Shown here: positions 1-13,260 of the stretch, piece after piece | How the letters are laid out: each line of letters opens with the position of its first letter | Numbering within the stretch: position 1 is the stretch's first letter | Source: Octopus bimaculoides | Taxonomy: Eukaryota | Direction of reading: 5' to 3' | Assembly: GCF_001194135.2 (NCBI RefSeq) | Contig: NC_068985.1 | Span: 86,151,072-86,215,071, forward strand | Length of the DNA: 64,000 nt | Made by a program: the position numbers and the translations under genes | The notes under the pieces: generated by a model | The model's input: the letters and a program-made list of their open reading frames with translations, nothing else | Told to the model about the DNA's origin: nothing | The model's database searches: none

Positions 1-119
1 TAATTGTTCTTTTCTTTTCTTTTCCTCTTTTTGTCTTCCCTTATAGTTATTGTCATGAAGAAGCCAACAGAAAGTTGAATACTTTGTCAGTTGAACAGAA
101 TTTATGCTGTTCTGCATTG

Positions 120-155
<36 letters not shown>

Positions 156-684
156 TAAAGCCTATTGAAAGAATATTTTTTCGCTACCATCATTTTAATT
201 CTTTGCATTATGATTAATGATATAGGTACATTTAAATCTTCCTTTCCCATACACACAGACATGTTTGTGTGTGTGTATGTGTGTGTATGAATATATATAT
301 ACGTATATGTGTCTGTGTGTATATGTATATATGTATGTATATGTATATACATACATACACCTGCACACAGATGTATACACAAACACACACACACACATTT
401 GAATGTTTATGTTTGTGCATGTGTATATATGTTTGTGTATGTATAAGCGCAGGGAGAGAGAGAGAGAGAGAGAGATCAATTGATCTATACATTACATAGG
501 CAAAAAGTTAAGCAGTTGCTTTGCAATCATGAAGTCCCTGTTTCCATTCTACTGCATAGCATCTTTGGGCAAATATCATTTTTTGATAGCATCAGGTAGG
601 CCCACAAAACATGTTAGATGCATTGTATCTTATAATTCGAAAGTACAGCCTTGTAACACAGTGTGTCATCAGACAGATTCCGAT

Positions 685-863
685 TCTTTAACTTGTCTCA
701 GTCATTTTGACTGTGGCCATGCTGGAGCACTGCCTTTTAGTTGAAGAAATCACTCCTGTAACTTAGCAGTTTGGCAAAAGAGACCAATAGAAGTTTCGGG
801 GATGTAGACACACTAAGATCAGTTGTCAAGTGATGATAGAGAGACAAACACAGACACAAACAC

Positions 864-902
<39 letters not shown>

Positions 903-1061
903 ACAGACTTCTTTCAGTTTCCGTCTACCAAATCCACTCACAAGGCTTTGGTTGGCCCAAGGCTATAATAGAAGGCACTTGCCCAAGGTGCCACAAAGTG
1001 GGACTGAACCCAGAACCAAGTGGTAGGGAAGCAAGCTTCTTACCACACAGCCACTCCTGCA

Positions 1062-1063
<2 letters not shown>
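685..1063 (-). mobile_element. tRNA-derived SINE, family A (composite: head, internal (TA)n, 3' domain), near full length
   Basis: The minus strand reads GGTGCAGGAGTGGCTGTGTGGTAAGAAGCTTGC...GGTTCAGTCCCAC (A/B-box-like head), then ...GGCAAGTGCCTTCTATTATAGCC...GGAAACTGAAAGAAG, (TA)n and a 3' domain ending ...CCAGCATGGCCACAGTCAAAATGACTGAGACAAGT. The same layout recurs at 5218-5600, 41460-41860 and 61970-62325. Confidence 0.8.
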
Positions 1064-1092
<29 letters not shown>

Positions 1093-1099
<7 letters not shown>

Positions 1100-1262
1100 A
1101 GCAAGATGGGCTTCTTTCAGTTTCCATTTCCCACATCCTATGGCAAGGTTTTGGTTGGCCCAATATTATAGTAGAAAACACTTGCCCAAGGCACCACACA
1201 GTGGGTCTGACCTCAGAACCATGCAGTTGGGAAGCAAGCTTCTTACCACACAGCCACATCTG
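1093..1262 (-). mobile_element. SINE family A, second head-only copy in tandem with 685-1063
   Basis: A diverged repeat of 903-1062 (ttggttggcccaa...cacttgcccaagg...gggaagcaagcttcttaccacacagccac), separated from it by (TA)n. Confidence 0.8.
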
Positions 1263-1814
1263 TCATTCTAATGACAGCAACCTTTCCATTCTTGCATGCA
1301 TTCAATAGAATTCATTGACGTAGATTTTCGATAGCTGAATGCCCTTCCTCCTATCAACTCTCGCATGTTTGCAAATAGGACATGTTTTCACAATTGAAGG
1401 ACACCATTTACATGACAACTTTTTTTTTCTATCGTATCTTATATATATACACTCCTATGTGTAAGTTACACACAAACACACGCATCTATATATTGTATTT
1501 ATTTTATGTTGTTTTAAATACAATTTTCAATATCATTGTTAACCTTATATAAAAACCATAATGTGATTCCCTATATTTGGTGTAATTATGTTCATTCACT
1601 GGAAACATTAACTGCTTCTTACACAACAAACCACAATGATTAATTGCTAAGATTCAATGCATCAGTCTTTCTCTTTTCTTTACTTTTTTGTTCTCTTCTT
1701 TTTTTTTTATTTCTTTCATTAATGAGATTATACTCACACTCTTTTAATATGTAACTCTTATTGTACACGTGTGTGTGGGGGTGGGAGGCGGTGCGTGTTT
1801 GCTTATATCATTGC

Positions 1815-2130
1815 TTGCTTCAGTGGTTAGGGTATTCAACTCATCCTCATCAAGTTGTGTGTTTGAATCCCAGTGACACATTGGGTCCTTGAGCAAGACA
1901 CTTTATTTCATGTTGCTTCAGTCCACTCAGCTGGCAAGAATGCTTTGTACCTGTATTTTAAAGGGCCAACCTTGTCACATGCTGTGTTATGCTGAATCTC
2001 CCTAAGAACTATATTGGGGGTGCCTGTGTCTATGGAGCACTCAGCCACATGCATGTCAATTTCATGAGCAGGCCGTTCCATTGACTGGAACAAATGAAAC
2101 ACTTGTTGTAACTGATGGAATGCCAGTTGT
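1815..2130 (+). mobile_element. tRNA-derived SINE, family E (conserved central domain gtccttgagcaagacacttt...cagtccactcagctggc)
   Basis: tRNA-like head (agtggttagggtattc...gtttgaatccc) followed by the central domain. A homologous reverse-oriented copy lies at 54295-54575. Confidence 0.7.
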
Positions 2131-2142
2131 TGTTAGTAGTTA

Positions 2143-2395
2143 TCATCATCATCATTGTTTTACCACCACTTTTCTATGCTTGCATGGGTTAGATGGAATT
2201 TGTTGAAGCAGATTTTCTGTGGCCAGATGTCCTTCTTGTCATCTGTTTCCAGGGCAAAGATAATATTTCCCCATGGTCAGACATGTTTACATAGAAAATT
2301 GGAAACAAAGGACACTGCTTATGGGACAGTGATGCTCCTTCAATAACCATCACATGATGTCAAGGCATGGAGACACAAAATGCATTCATGCACGA
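2143..2395 (-). mobile_element. RTE-LINE 3'-tail-related short repeat (family D)
   Basis: (CAT)n followed by ...ttttctatgcttgcatgggttagatgg...ggccagatgtccttcttgtc, similar to the 3' end of the RTE copy at 33055-33283. Confidence 0.6.
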
Positions 2396-2449
2396 TGCTG
2401 CTCCTATACATGCACACCCCTGCATCTATACATGCACACACGTATTCAT

Positions 2450-2565
2450 ATGTGACAAGCTTCTTTTGCTGTCTGTGCAAAAACTCCACTCAAAAGGTTT
2501 TAGTCATCTGGGGGCTATAGGAAGAGAGACTTGCCCAAGGTACCGTGCAGTGGAACTGAACTCTC
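2450..2565 (-). mobile_element. SINE family A head fragment, decayed
   Basis: aagcttcttt...ccactcaaaaggttttagtc...gctatagg...acttgcccaaggtaccgtgcagtggaactgaac matches family A. Confidence 0.65.
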
Positions 2566-2584
2566 ATTGGTAAGAAAGAGCTTA

Positions 2585-2698
2585 GATGATGACGATGATG
2601 ATGACGATGATGATGATGACGATGATGATGATGATGATGATGACAATGATGATGACGCTGATGATGATGATGATGACGACGACGACGATGATGATGAT
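2585..2698. repeat. (GAT/GAC)n trinucleotide microsatellite
   Basis: Directly visible. Confidence 0.95.
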
Positions 2699-2989
2699 AT
2701 ACACCTTACAGTTTGATGTCTCTTCTCTCTGAACTACCTCTAAACTTTTGTAATATATTTACTGACAGATGAAAGATGTCAAAATAAGAAGTTAACAAGA
2801 AACTATTAAAGAATAAATAAAAATCAATAAATATATTTCAAACATTATTGATTGCCCACCTGCAGTTTTCTTTTACCTATTCTTTAAAACTTGTAGCTTA
2901 AAAATATGCTCCACCTTTTGTGAATATAATTTTGATCAGGTATGGCTGTATCACCAAAAAGAGTTTTTAGTCTATTTTAAGATTATATA

Positions 2990-3085
2990 AATTGCCTGGT
3001 GCTGCCGCTGGGTTTCCAGACCTCAGTCAAACCGCCCAATCCATGCCAGCATGAAAAACGGACGTTCAACAATGATGATGATGAT
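2990..3085 (+). mobile_element. RTE-tail-related short repeat (family D) with (GAT)n tail
   Basis: cctcagtcaaaccgcccaatccatgccagcatgaaaaacggacgttcaacaatgatgatg is the reverse complement of the motif at 33055-33125. Confidence 0.7.
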
Positions 3086-3647
3086 AAAGGAAGTGATATT
3101 TTAATGAACTGATGTTTTATGAGCAACTTTGAAATTTTTGCCTTAGAAACTGGGGTTAAAATTACCGAAACTCAGTGAAGAAATTGTTAAAATTTTGAGA
3201 GTAAAATGAAACAATTTGAAAATTTTGGCAACTCAGCTTTGAGAAGTTTTTAAGTTGTTTTAAGAAGAATTCAAGCCAAACACAAACAATGTGACAAATC
3301 TTCATTTGTGTAAATGATTGAATTCATAAAACTTCTTGGAATTACTTGGCCACATGTGGTGAGTGAGCAGATCTCTTGTGTATACATTGTATGTATGTGT
3401 GTGTGTGTGTTTATGTACTTCATTACTACCAATCCCATAATTCCCTAGCTTGTGAAAATATATGATACATGGAGCAGAGGTGGCAGCATTTATGATTCTT
3501 CAGTCACTCATTTGACTGTCCTCTGTGATTAATGTACTCTAAGAAGTACAGACATCAAAAAGATCGAAAAGGAGATGATAATCAGTGAATCTGATGGTCA
3601 ATGACCAGTAAGTAGCAAACATAGACATACATACAACACACACACAC

Positions 3648-3708
<61 letters not shown>

Positions 3709-4093
3709 CAGAGAGAGAGAGCAAGCACATGCATATACATACAAATACATATACATACTTGTTGCCATGAAGTTAGAAAGTCCACTTTGCTACCTCATGG
3801 TTATGGGTTCCAGTTGCAAATTGTTGTGGATAACAATTGGCTAAACAATGGCATATGAATGGAGTTGACAAATGGAAACTGTAGGAAGCCCACCATATGT
3901 ATGTGTGTGTGTAAATGTTCACTTTTTATGTCTAGTTGCATATAAAAACATTTTCCCATTAAACAGAAGGCTTACTCAATGCTTTTTGAAGAGAATTTGT
4001 TCCTTAACTAAACTGATGCATTATGAGCAAGCCAAAACTTCAAAGTCACTGTCAACCATGTTTACTTTGTAAAAGTTTATTTATTTATTCACT

Positions 4094-4202
<109 letters not shown>

Positions 4203-4337
4203 CTGTATGTGTATGAGAGCATGTGTAAGTGCATGTGTATACACACACACATGCATAAAGACAGATACATATAAATACACACACACATACACGAGCGTGC
4301 ACACACACACACGTATATATACACAGCAGTATATATT

Positions 4338-4489
4338 GGTAGTTCCCATCTACCAAATCCATTCACAAATCTTTGGTCGACCCTGAGGGTATGGTAGAAG
4401 ACACATACCCAACGTGCCATGCAGCAAGACTGAACCTGGAACCATGTAGATGGGAAGCAAGATTCCTGTCATACAGCCATGCTTCGTGC
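4338..4489 (-). mobile_element. SINE family A head fragment
   Basis: ccatctaccaaatccattcacaaatctttggtcgacc...gtagaagacac...gtgccatgcagc...ctgaacctggaaccatgt matches family A. Confidence 0.75.
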
Positions 4490-5217
4490 ATGTATGTATG
4501 TATGTATAAACACACACACACATACACACAAGTACATAAACATATAATACACATATATTTATTTATACACACATATGCATTCACATATATACATTATACA
4601 GATAATCATTGAGTGGAGAGAGAGAGAGAGAGAGAAGATAAATCATATTTCATTTCATATTTTGTTGGTTGCTGCAGTAGACTTGTTTACTTGATTGAGA
4701 GATTAGAGAGAAAAATGAATAGGAATATAGGAATATATATGATATGAATATATATATGTGTGTTTGTGTGTGTGTATAAAAATATATGAAATATATAAAA
4801 CAATATATAGAAAGAAATAATCTATATAAAAATATACAAAACAATATATAAAAATAAATATGAATATATAAGAAATATATATAAAAAAAAATGTATATGA
4901 ATATATAAGATGTGAATTTTGATTTCAGGTATAAATTTCCTCAAACCAAACTTAAAATGTCTGCAACACTGAATTTGACTAACAGTCTCCTTCCTGATGG
5001 TACTCACAATACACACGCATAAATTCATACACACACACACACACACACACACACTAACACACACACTAACACACACATATATATATAAATGTTTTTTAGA
5101 AACAATTTTTACTTGATTTCTAATAAAGTTATAAATGGTCTGATCAAATAATATCTTCCTTATCCATCATGACATATCTGTGACTGCAGTCATAGCCACA
5201 TGATTTAAGTAATTGTA

Positions 5218-5421
5218 TCATTCATTTACTTGTTTTGATAATTTAACTGTGGCCATGCTGGAGTGCTGTCTTGAAGAATCTTAGGTGAAAGATTCAACTC
5301 CACGACTTACTTTTGAAACCTGGTACTTATTGTATCAGTCTCTTTTGCAGAACTGCTAAGTTACTGGGACACAAACAAGCGAAAACCTGTTGTCAAATGG
5401 TGCTGGGGTACAAATACTCAT

Positions 5422-5455
<34 letters not shown>

Positions 5456-5600
5456 GCACACACTCACTCGATGGGCTTATTTCAGTTTCTGTCCCCCAAA
5501 TCCACTCACACGGCTTCGATTGCTTGGGGTGCCATGCAGTTGGACTGAACTCAGAACCTTGTGCTTGGGAAACAAACCTCTTAACACACAGTCACGTAAT
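5218..5600 (-). mobile_element. SINE family A, near full length with internal deletion
   Basis: 3' domain (actgtggccatgctggag...gcagaactgctaagttac), a (CA)n tract, then the head fragment (ccaaatccactcac...gtgccatgcag...tgaactcagaacc). Confidence 0.75.
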
Positions 5601-6089
5601 CATGTGATTGTGGGCTCGATTTTGCTTTGCCTCAACTTGGGCAAATGTCTTCTAATAAACCCTCAGTTTGACCAATACAGAGAAAGTGAAAGTAGATGAA
5701 CAGAAACTGAGAGGATATTTATTGGAGGAAAGGCAGAACCCATGACTTTCTACAGGGCCTCTGAGACTGGTTAGAGGGAAGGGGTACCTTCTAATTAGAG
5801 ATGTGACTTGAATACTTGCAAAAGGGTGATTTTTGCTAAATCCACCCAAGTTGCCAAATGGTGATGTTAAAGTGAGGGAAGGATTAAGATGCCTTGTGAT
5901 GTTTCTTCCATTTCTTTTCATTCTATCTAATTTCAAATCCCTCCTGGACCTACTTGTTTGGTAGATTTGATTTGTAATTGTCTGGACCTTGGCTACCTTT
6001 AATGGAGTCTTTTCGGTTTTAAGCAATCCACCTTATATATCTATATATGTATGCATATTTGTGCATATGTATGTATATATGTGTGTATG

Positions 6090-6298
6090 TATCTTTATGC
6101 CTGTGCTTGTCCTGCACCATTGCTTAATGACCAGTGTTGGTTTGTTCACATCCCTGTAACTTGGTGATTCAGCAAAAAGAGGTTGATAGAATAAGTGCAA
6201 GGCTTAAAGTAATGTACAGGTGTCAGTCAGTTCAACTAAACCCTTCCAGTTGGTGCTGCAGCATGGCCACAGTTCAATAACTGAAAGACATAAAAGAT
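6090..6298 (+). mobile_element. SINE family A 3' domain
   Basis: tgcttgtcc...cagtgttggtttgttcacatccctgtaacttgg...gatagaataagt...gcagcatggccacagttcaataactgaaag is the reverse complement of the 685-870 type sequence. Confidence 0.7.
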
Positions 6299-7192
6299 CT
6301 AAGATGTTTCTCATCAATCTTGGATGCTTTGTAAATGATGGTGGGTGCTGCTCTTCCCTTCTGACTAAGTGGCAAAGAAAACAATTTCCTCTCATTCAGG
6401 TCAAAGGCCACAGAAAACTTTACACCTTTCTCTTACTTTATCTGGAGACTCAGAGGTTACAGATAAAAATCTGAAATAGCAAGGAGCATTATCAAAACTG
6501 TCACACCATACAATCAGAAATTGTGTGCTATGTGTTACTAAAATGACTGAAGAAAAATATTTTTTGGATAATTTTCAAACACCTGAGATTCCTAGATGTA
6601 ACAAGTGGAATCCCAGATAAACAGATTCAACAAGTTCTACATGTCTGGACCAGCAGAGCAGATTGACCAGCAATAATAATATCTTGAGTTCCCCACCTAT
6701 TTGACAATATGGTCAGCCTCAACCAATGAAAATCAACCTAGTTAAATCTCCTTCTAACATTTAACTTTGTTCATTCATCTAATGTTGCCTGGCTGATCCT
6801 GTGTAAACAACATGTGGAGAACTCTGACAAGCGATGAAGTAAATAATCAACAATTCTCATTAAATAACCTCACTCTGTATGGTGCATTGCATACTGCTTT
6901 CTCTTATATGCAAACAGAAACATACGTGTGTGTGTGTGTGTGTGTGTATCTATTGAAATGAAATATGTTGTACCTATTCATGCATGCAGACAAACAAATA
7001 TCATTTATATATATATATACAGAATCATAGAGAAACATATACATTATTTTATATAGTTGTATTCACATATATACACTCATATACACACACACACAATATG
7101 CTCTTAATACTATTTCATACAGTCACATGAAATAGTATTTCTCTTAAAATTAACTCCATCATCATCATCGTTTTAATGTTCTCTTTTCCATG

Positions 7193-7242
<50 letters not shown>

Positions 7243-8554
7243 CAAAATGTAGGTAGGGTTTATTCTCTTCTATTAAACCATATTTCATGCCTTCCACTGC
7301 TGAACTTACAACCCATGGGATTAATCACATTGTTCGATACGTTGATGTTAAACTACAGCAGACATTATTTCTGTCTAACATCAAAATATTAGATTTTTAC
7401 TGAATTAGCCATTGAATTTCACGCATTAAATTAGCATTTTTATAATGAATTTCAAACAAATTTTTATATTTATTTCCATTCATTTTCTCTGCTCGCTCTT
7501 TCTTGGAGGATGTAGAGGCAAAGTCCTCAGGTACATCCTCCACAGGTTCCCATCAAAAATGACTGTCATTAGAATTCCTGGCTAGATTCCCAAGCATGAC
7601 CAACTATAAGACTCCTAGTCTGGGGAGGCACAGCCAACATTTTCAACTCAGTGAGCACAACTCAGACTATTATGGCTCATTCCAGCCATGCTAGCATGAA
7701 ATGTGGGCATAAAATGTTGGTGATTATATATAGACAACGTCAAGTAAGTAGATAATCCTTATTAAACCATTTTACCTGAGCAGACATTATCAGGTGCTTC
7801 AAACTTAATGTATTGTGCGCAACATATATTTACAAAATCTGAGATCAAATGTTTTTAAATGCATCAAGTGACATTATTTTGTTTCTACAAATACATATTC
7901 TAACAGCAACAGTGTCTATTTACTTTTGAGATGTCTATGTATGTGAAACACACACACAAACATATGTGTTTATATATATATATATGTATATACAAACAAT
8001 ATATGAGTATATGCATATATATGTACATGTATGTATATACGTTCATCTACATGTACATATAGATACATAACTGGGTACATGATGTGGCAAAAGAGCAAGG
8101 ACAAAATGGTAAACAAGGTGCAACAAACAAGCAGGCCACATAGAAACATCCCCTTCATCAGCTGCCACCATTAAAACTCCGGCGTTTCAAAGAATTAAGG
8201 CAGTATGCATCGTTAAAATGGTTCTTCCCGGCTGCTATTCCTTTTCGTTCTTGGAATCACCAAGCTCGCACGTACTTCCTTGCCCCTTCTGTACATGCTT
8301 CACAGTGTTCAAGACATACACACTTCACGTCTGGCTGTACAACCTTTTTGTTTGTTTATTTCACCGTTTCGTTTTCCTATCTTGTTTTCCGTCCGCCACT
8401 ACCCTCCATGAAAACAATTTAATTTATATACATACATGCATATGATGTATACATACATGCATATATATATATTTTACATGCATATATATATTTTATGTGT
8501 ATAATATATTTGTATGTTTGTATAAATTTTTATAGTTTTGTTTTAACATGCCTC

Positions 8555-9410
8555 TCACCAATGCTTGGTGATGTGTTGTCTTAGCAATGTTTTTGGGGTC
8601 ACAAGGCATTTTAGCTTTTTCAACATGAGACCCCTTATCCAGTCAACCCAGCTGGAATTGATCAAGTCCCAGCTTGCTTTCTCATAGCAGCCAACCACTG
8701 GTGGACCTGCTTTGTGCAAAGCTAGTTAATGGCCTTCTTTGCAACTCCAGCAACAAAATTTATGGCCCTCCTCTTTGTTGTGCCAGCAACTGCAAGCCTA
8801 GTCAGAGCTTTGCAGTCAGAAAGTCCCAGAAAAATCTCTCATCAGCTCCTTTCTACTGCCGCACAATCTGCCTGACAGCCTCAGTTTCTGCACTGCTCTA
8901 CCAGTTCCCGGTATTTGTCAAACTTCTCATGAGCTTCCTCTATGTGTTCCTCCTCAGTTCCCACAAAGTCATTTATTTGGTGGCATTTGAGAAGATCTCT
9001 AAGAGCAGGTGGAGTAGTGTTGGTACAATGTATTCTAGGAAATTTAACTGTTCCACAAGATTCACTCTCAGTTGCCAGTCTGGGCCTGTGGAATGTTGAA
9101 ATGAAAGTCATTGAAGCTTCAATGAAATGGGTATCTCTCTGACTCTGATAAAAGTGATGGCCCCTTTCCTGGGGTGGTATTTACTGGGTTGAATCACTGT
9201 CAATAGCACTTCAGCTACTTCCTTAAGCACCTGCTCATACCACAAGTAGTAGGGGCCATCAATTACAGCTCTGGTGCAGCTGCTGAGGAGATGTTGAAAG
9301 GATCTTCATTGCACAATGGACATGGTTGAGTTTCGATCCTGTCCCATGTGAAAGAGTTTACTAGACTTGGTAGAATGTTGTAGACACTTTGCCAAGAATC
9401 CATAAATCAG
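8555..9410 (-). mobile_element. HERO-clade (RLE-type) non-LTR retrotransposon, decayed 3' end: CCHC knuckle, restriction-like endonuclease and 3' UTR
   Basis: Frameshift-corrected minus translation: QSVYNILPSLVNSFTWDRIETQPCPLC / QHLLSSCTRAVIDGPYYLWYEQVLKEVAEVL / AITFIRVREIP / DWQLRVNLVEQLNFLEYIV / LWEL..EEHIEEAHEKFDKYRELVEQCRN / CKALTRLAVAGTTKRRAI. The motif order matches HERO ORFs as I recall them (VYDVLPSP.NL..WG, CPLC, HILSSC, RWRHDQVL, DWQLRVDL, ELTVPWEE..EEAHERK..KY). Multiple stops and frameshifts. Confidence 0.88.
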
Positions 9411-11694
9411 AAAAAATATGGACTTGTATAGATTTTCAGTCGAGTGTGCTTATTAACGAAAGTACATAGTCTTATAAATCCATATCACCTGATCTTATCA
9501 ATCAGTTTCACACTGGGTATTAAATAACCAGATGTTAGATAACAACACAGTTAAGTAATACTATATGCTCTTCAGAGATAGTAAGAATGGAAAAAATGAG
9601 GCAACATGTTTTTTCTATTCCTACTAACTCTCAAGAGCTCATTGTAATGCTTAACCATGCTCTTATACAATACCCAATTATTTAATATTCTCTGGAAAAC
9701 CAATTGGTGAGATTAGCTGGACTGTCTCTATAATACTGTATACTTTAATATATATGTATATATATATATAGAGAGAGAGAGAGAGAAAGAGTTGTAAAAT
9801 ATAAAAAGATATATTTTACTTAGAGCAAGCATTGTTTGTTACTGAACTCAATACACTGCCTACAGTTGACAGTTTTCATTCTCAATATAGATAGATAGAT
9901 AGATAGATAGAAAGCTAGCTAGCTAGATAGATAGATAGAAAGCTAGCTAGATAGATAGATATATTGATACATTATGCGTATGTATGTGTGTAGGGGGGTT
10001 GCATACATATTTTGATAACTATTTTCCCATTTTCTTGCAGATAGAATACTTTTAAAATCTTTGACATTTTTAATTCTGCTGGGGCATGGGAAGGGGGGAG
10101 TTAAATATTTTTACATTTTGCTGCCTATTTTACTTCTTATGCCTCGATGCCATATTGTCACTATAATTTGAATAGCTGTATCTCTTAAAATAGCCACAAG
10201 CTCACTAGATATGTATTGTAGATATCCAAGTTCTCCAGCTTCTTTCTGTGAAAATGCCATTTCTCCTTAGTTTTAAAGACACTAAAATGTATGAACTGTC
10301 ATAACTCTAAAGTATTTTTTCTTAAATATTATTAAACAAGAGTTATGATTATTGAAGAACCAACTTTTTTATTTTTTATCAAATTTTGTGATTTATTTCA
10401 GTTCACAGCTTGTTTATTCTCATTTTTCATTTGCTTAATTTTGAAGCCAGGAGCATGAAGATCACTAAGTCATCATCATTATTTATTATTGTCATTATTT
10501 ATTATTTTTTTTATTTAATAGAGTTGCAGTCAGAATGAGAACAAGGATATACACACTGTGATTTTAAAAAAACATTAAAAAATATCGAACTTTTCTGTCT
10601 GGCACCCTGTGTTAGGTCCTCATTAATAGAGCTCTGAGAAAGGAAACAAACATGGTACTAGAATAAGCAAAACTATGATTTTTGACAAAGCAAAACTTTC
10701 CCAAGATTTTGTAAGCAAGAAAGGACAAAGGAACATTTTGAAGTCTTAACTTTATAAAATTCACAACAGAGATGGTACCTTGACAAGTGAATTTATCTTT
10801 GATGGAAAGATGAGAACAAGACATCTGAACAATAAAGAAGATGAAGAAAATTGGTTTAGAGCAATTGTACTAGAATTGGATTGGTATTTCAAATGCAAAG
10901 AAAAAGATTTTGTGGCTTTTTGCCAAAAGCTAACATTATATCTATGAACAGTTGGAAATAAATGTGCAAAGCATAGTATCTATGGACTTAAAAGTCATAT
11001 AACTTAACCTTTTCTTTATAGAAAAAAGGTTGTTTGTACATAACTTTCCTAATTAAACTTAAAATCATACAACATTGTGACATCTTTATCCATTAATGTT
11101 GTTATATGTCCTTAATTAAACCTAATCAAAATTACTTAAAGAATAACATTATTCATTTGTAAAATGAAAATTTGGTGGCAAGTCTCTGCTTGATGTACAA
11201 TTAAATTTGAATAGTTTTGGATAATAGGAAAATAAAGGAATATCTACATAAAATTTTGAAAAGGACATTTTTTTTTTTTTTCTGAAAAGGACATTTTTTT
11301 TTTGGTGATACACTTTTTCAATTTATTAGTAAAAATATAATGTTAGGGTGGAGCCTGATTTATGAGTAAGTTAGCAGCCTGAGTTTCCTTCTTATGAATG
11401 CCCCAAGTGCTTCAAATTAATGATTAAATTAATAAGCAATCAACCTACTGGAAATAGCAACCAAATCCTTTTCAATTACTACCTCTTAAGTAAAGAGGGA
11501 TATATTGAATAAAGCAGTCTGTCATGACGGTCATATTTGAAATACATTTGATCATAGGCCTGCTTGATCAGGGCTGACCAGGGGTTAAACAGCAATAATA
11601 ACACCACCAACATCAACCAAGGTGCTTCACGTTTTGGTGCATACATATAGCAAAGTTTTATAGCATCAACACTTGTGCAAAATAATAAGTCCTT

Positions 11695-11885
11695 ATTTAG
11701 GCCCAGGGCCAGCAATTTTGAAGGGAGTGGGTTTAATTGATACTTTCAACCCCAGGAGTTGATTGGTACTTTATTTCAATGAAAGGATGAAACGCAAAGT
11801 TGACCTCATTGGGATTTGAACTCAGAATGTAGTCAGCTGAAAAGAGCATGTTTTCTAATGCTCTAATGATTCTGTCAGTCCAGTG
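11695..11885 (-). mobile_element. tRNA-derived SINE, family C
   Basis: ttttgaagggag...gattggtactttattt...gaaaggatgaaacgcaaagttgacctc...gatttgaactcagaatgt is the reverse complement of the 15185-15400 type sequence. Confidence 0.75.
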
Positions 11886-12037
11886 TGAAATAATGAATGT
11901 GTGTTCGGTAGAGCAACAACATGACCTCACAACCATTGTGACTGTCAGTTCCCCTGCAGTTAGGAGTGAATGCAGAAAGATGTACATGCCTCAATGCTTT
12001 TGTGTGTGTGAGAGAGAGAGTGAGTGAGTGAGTGAGT

Positions 12038-12086
<49 letters not shown>

Positions 12087-12379
12087 TGGGAGAGAGAGTG
12101 GGTGAGAGAGAGAGAGTGGGAGAGAGAGTGGGTGAGAGAGAGAGAGAAATCGCCAGTTTATTTCTTTCTTGGAAATAAATGGGAAATATGAACCAGTTTA
12201 GTTGACTATTTCGACAAAAAGCCAACAAGAAACCGCATTATGATTAATAAGCAAGCTAGAAATAGCAGCTAAATCTCCTCCATATTTGAAATTTACCATT
12301 TAAGAAAGAGATAAAATTCAGCATAATGTCTTTCAAGATAAATTATGCATGAAATAAACCAGATTGGTCATGACAGAAA

Positions 12380-12512
12380 TACTAATGATCATAGGTCTGC
12401 TCAATCCAGACTGACCTAGGGCTAAACAACAACAGCATGGTCGTCCCTGGAACGCCTTTGATCATAGATCTGCTCAGTCAGAGTTAACTTAGGGTTAAAA
12501 CACAACAGCAGC
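12380..12512 (+). repeat. Two tandem diverged copies of a ~55-nt retroelement tail motif (tgatcataggtctgctc...agggctaaacaacaac)
   Basis: Copies at about 12385-12436 and 12459-12510; a third is at 11548-11605. Confidence 0.6.
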
Positions 12513-12771
12513 AGCAACTGCTTCAACTAATTCAATAAATTGGTCATCATAATTGGCAGTTCAATGTAAAACTGTTGGAAGAAAGACAAATTTGATAGAA
12601 TATGCACAATACAATTTCGAAATTAAAAATAAAAATGGGAAAAAAACAAAACAAAACAAAATCAAAACAAAATTTAAACAAAAGACTGAAAAATACATAC
12701 AAAACAACACAAAACGTGCAAAAACAAACAAAACTAGTTTCATATTATGTTGGTCCCTTTGAATTCTGGGT

Positions 12772-12802
<31 letters not shown>

Positions 12803-13220
12803 CAGTGGTGGTGATGATGATGATGGTGGTGGTGGCAGTGGTGATGATGATGATGATGATGACTCTAAACATTGATCTATGATCAGAGAGTCTTGTATTA
12901 TAATGTTTCACGCAGACATGCTTGAATTATTGTATATCTGAATAATATTGAAGCTATCATTACAGAAATGGTTACCATTTTTATTTATTGTTTTTGTTTT
13001 GGTTTTGCAGGGTTTTGTTCCTACCCCCACCACCTTCCTTATCCACCAAACTTATTGAAATCTAGTTTTCAATAGATTAATGGTTGGGTTTGGTAGTAGA
13101 TGTTATGTCTGCAAATGTACTAAACACCAGAGTTTAGTGGATAATTGTAGCAGATGCAGTAAAATTTTTCATATTTTTTGTTTAGGAAATCAGTTATTAT
13201 TATCATTATTATTGTTGTTG

Positions 13221-13260
<40 letters not shown>

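Noticed and set aside
6437-6470. Possible 34-nt minus-strand exon (FLSVTSESPDK)
   Set aside because: The splice sites are plausible but of a quality expected by chance in AT-rich DNA, and there is no homology.
7776-7838. Possible 63-nt minus-strand exon (FVNICCAQYIKFEAPDNVCS)
   Set aside because: The acceptor lacks a polypyrimidine tract and the peptide is unrecognised.
10600-10950. Stop-poor frame LYKIHNRDGTLTSEFIFDGKMRTRHLNNK..., vaguely like a LINE linker region
   Set aside because: The similarity is too weak to assign a family by eye.
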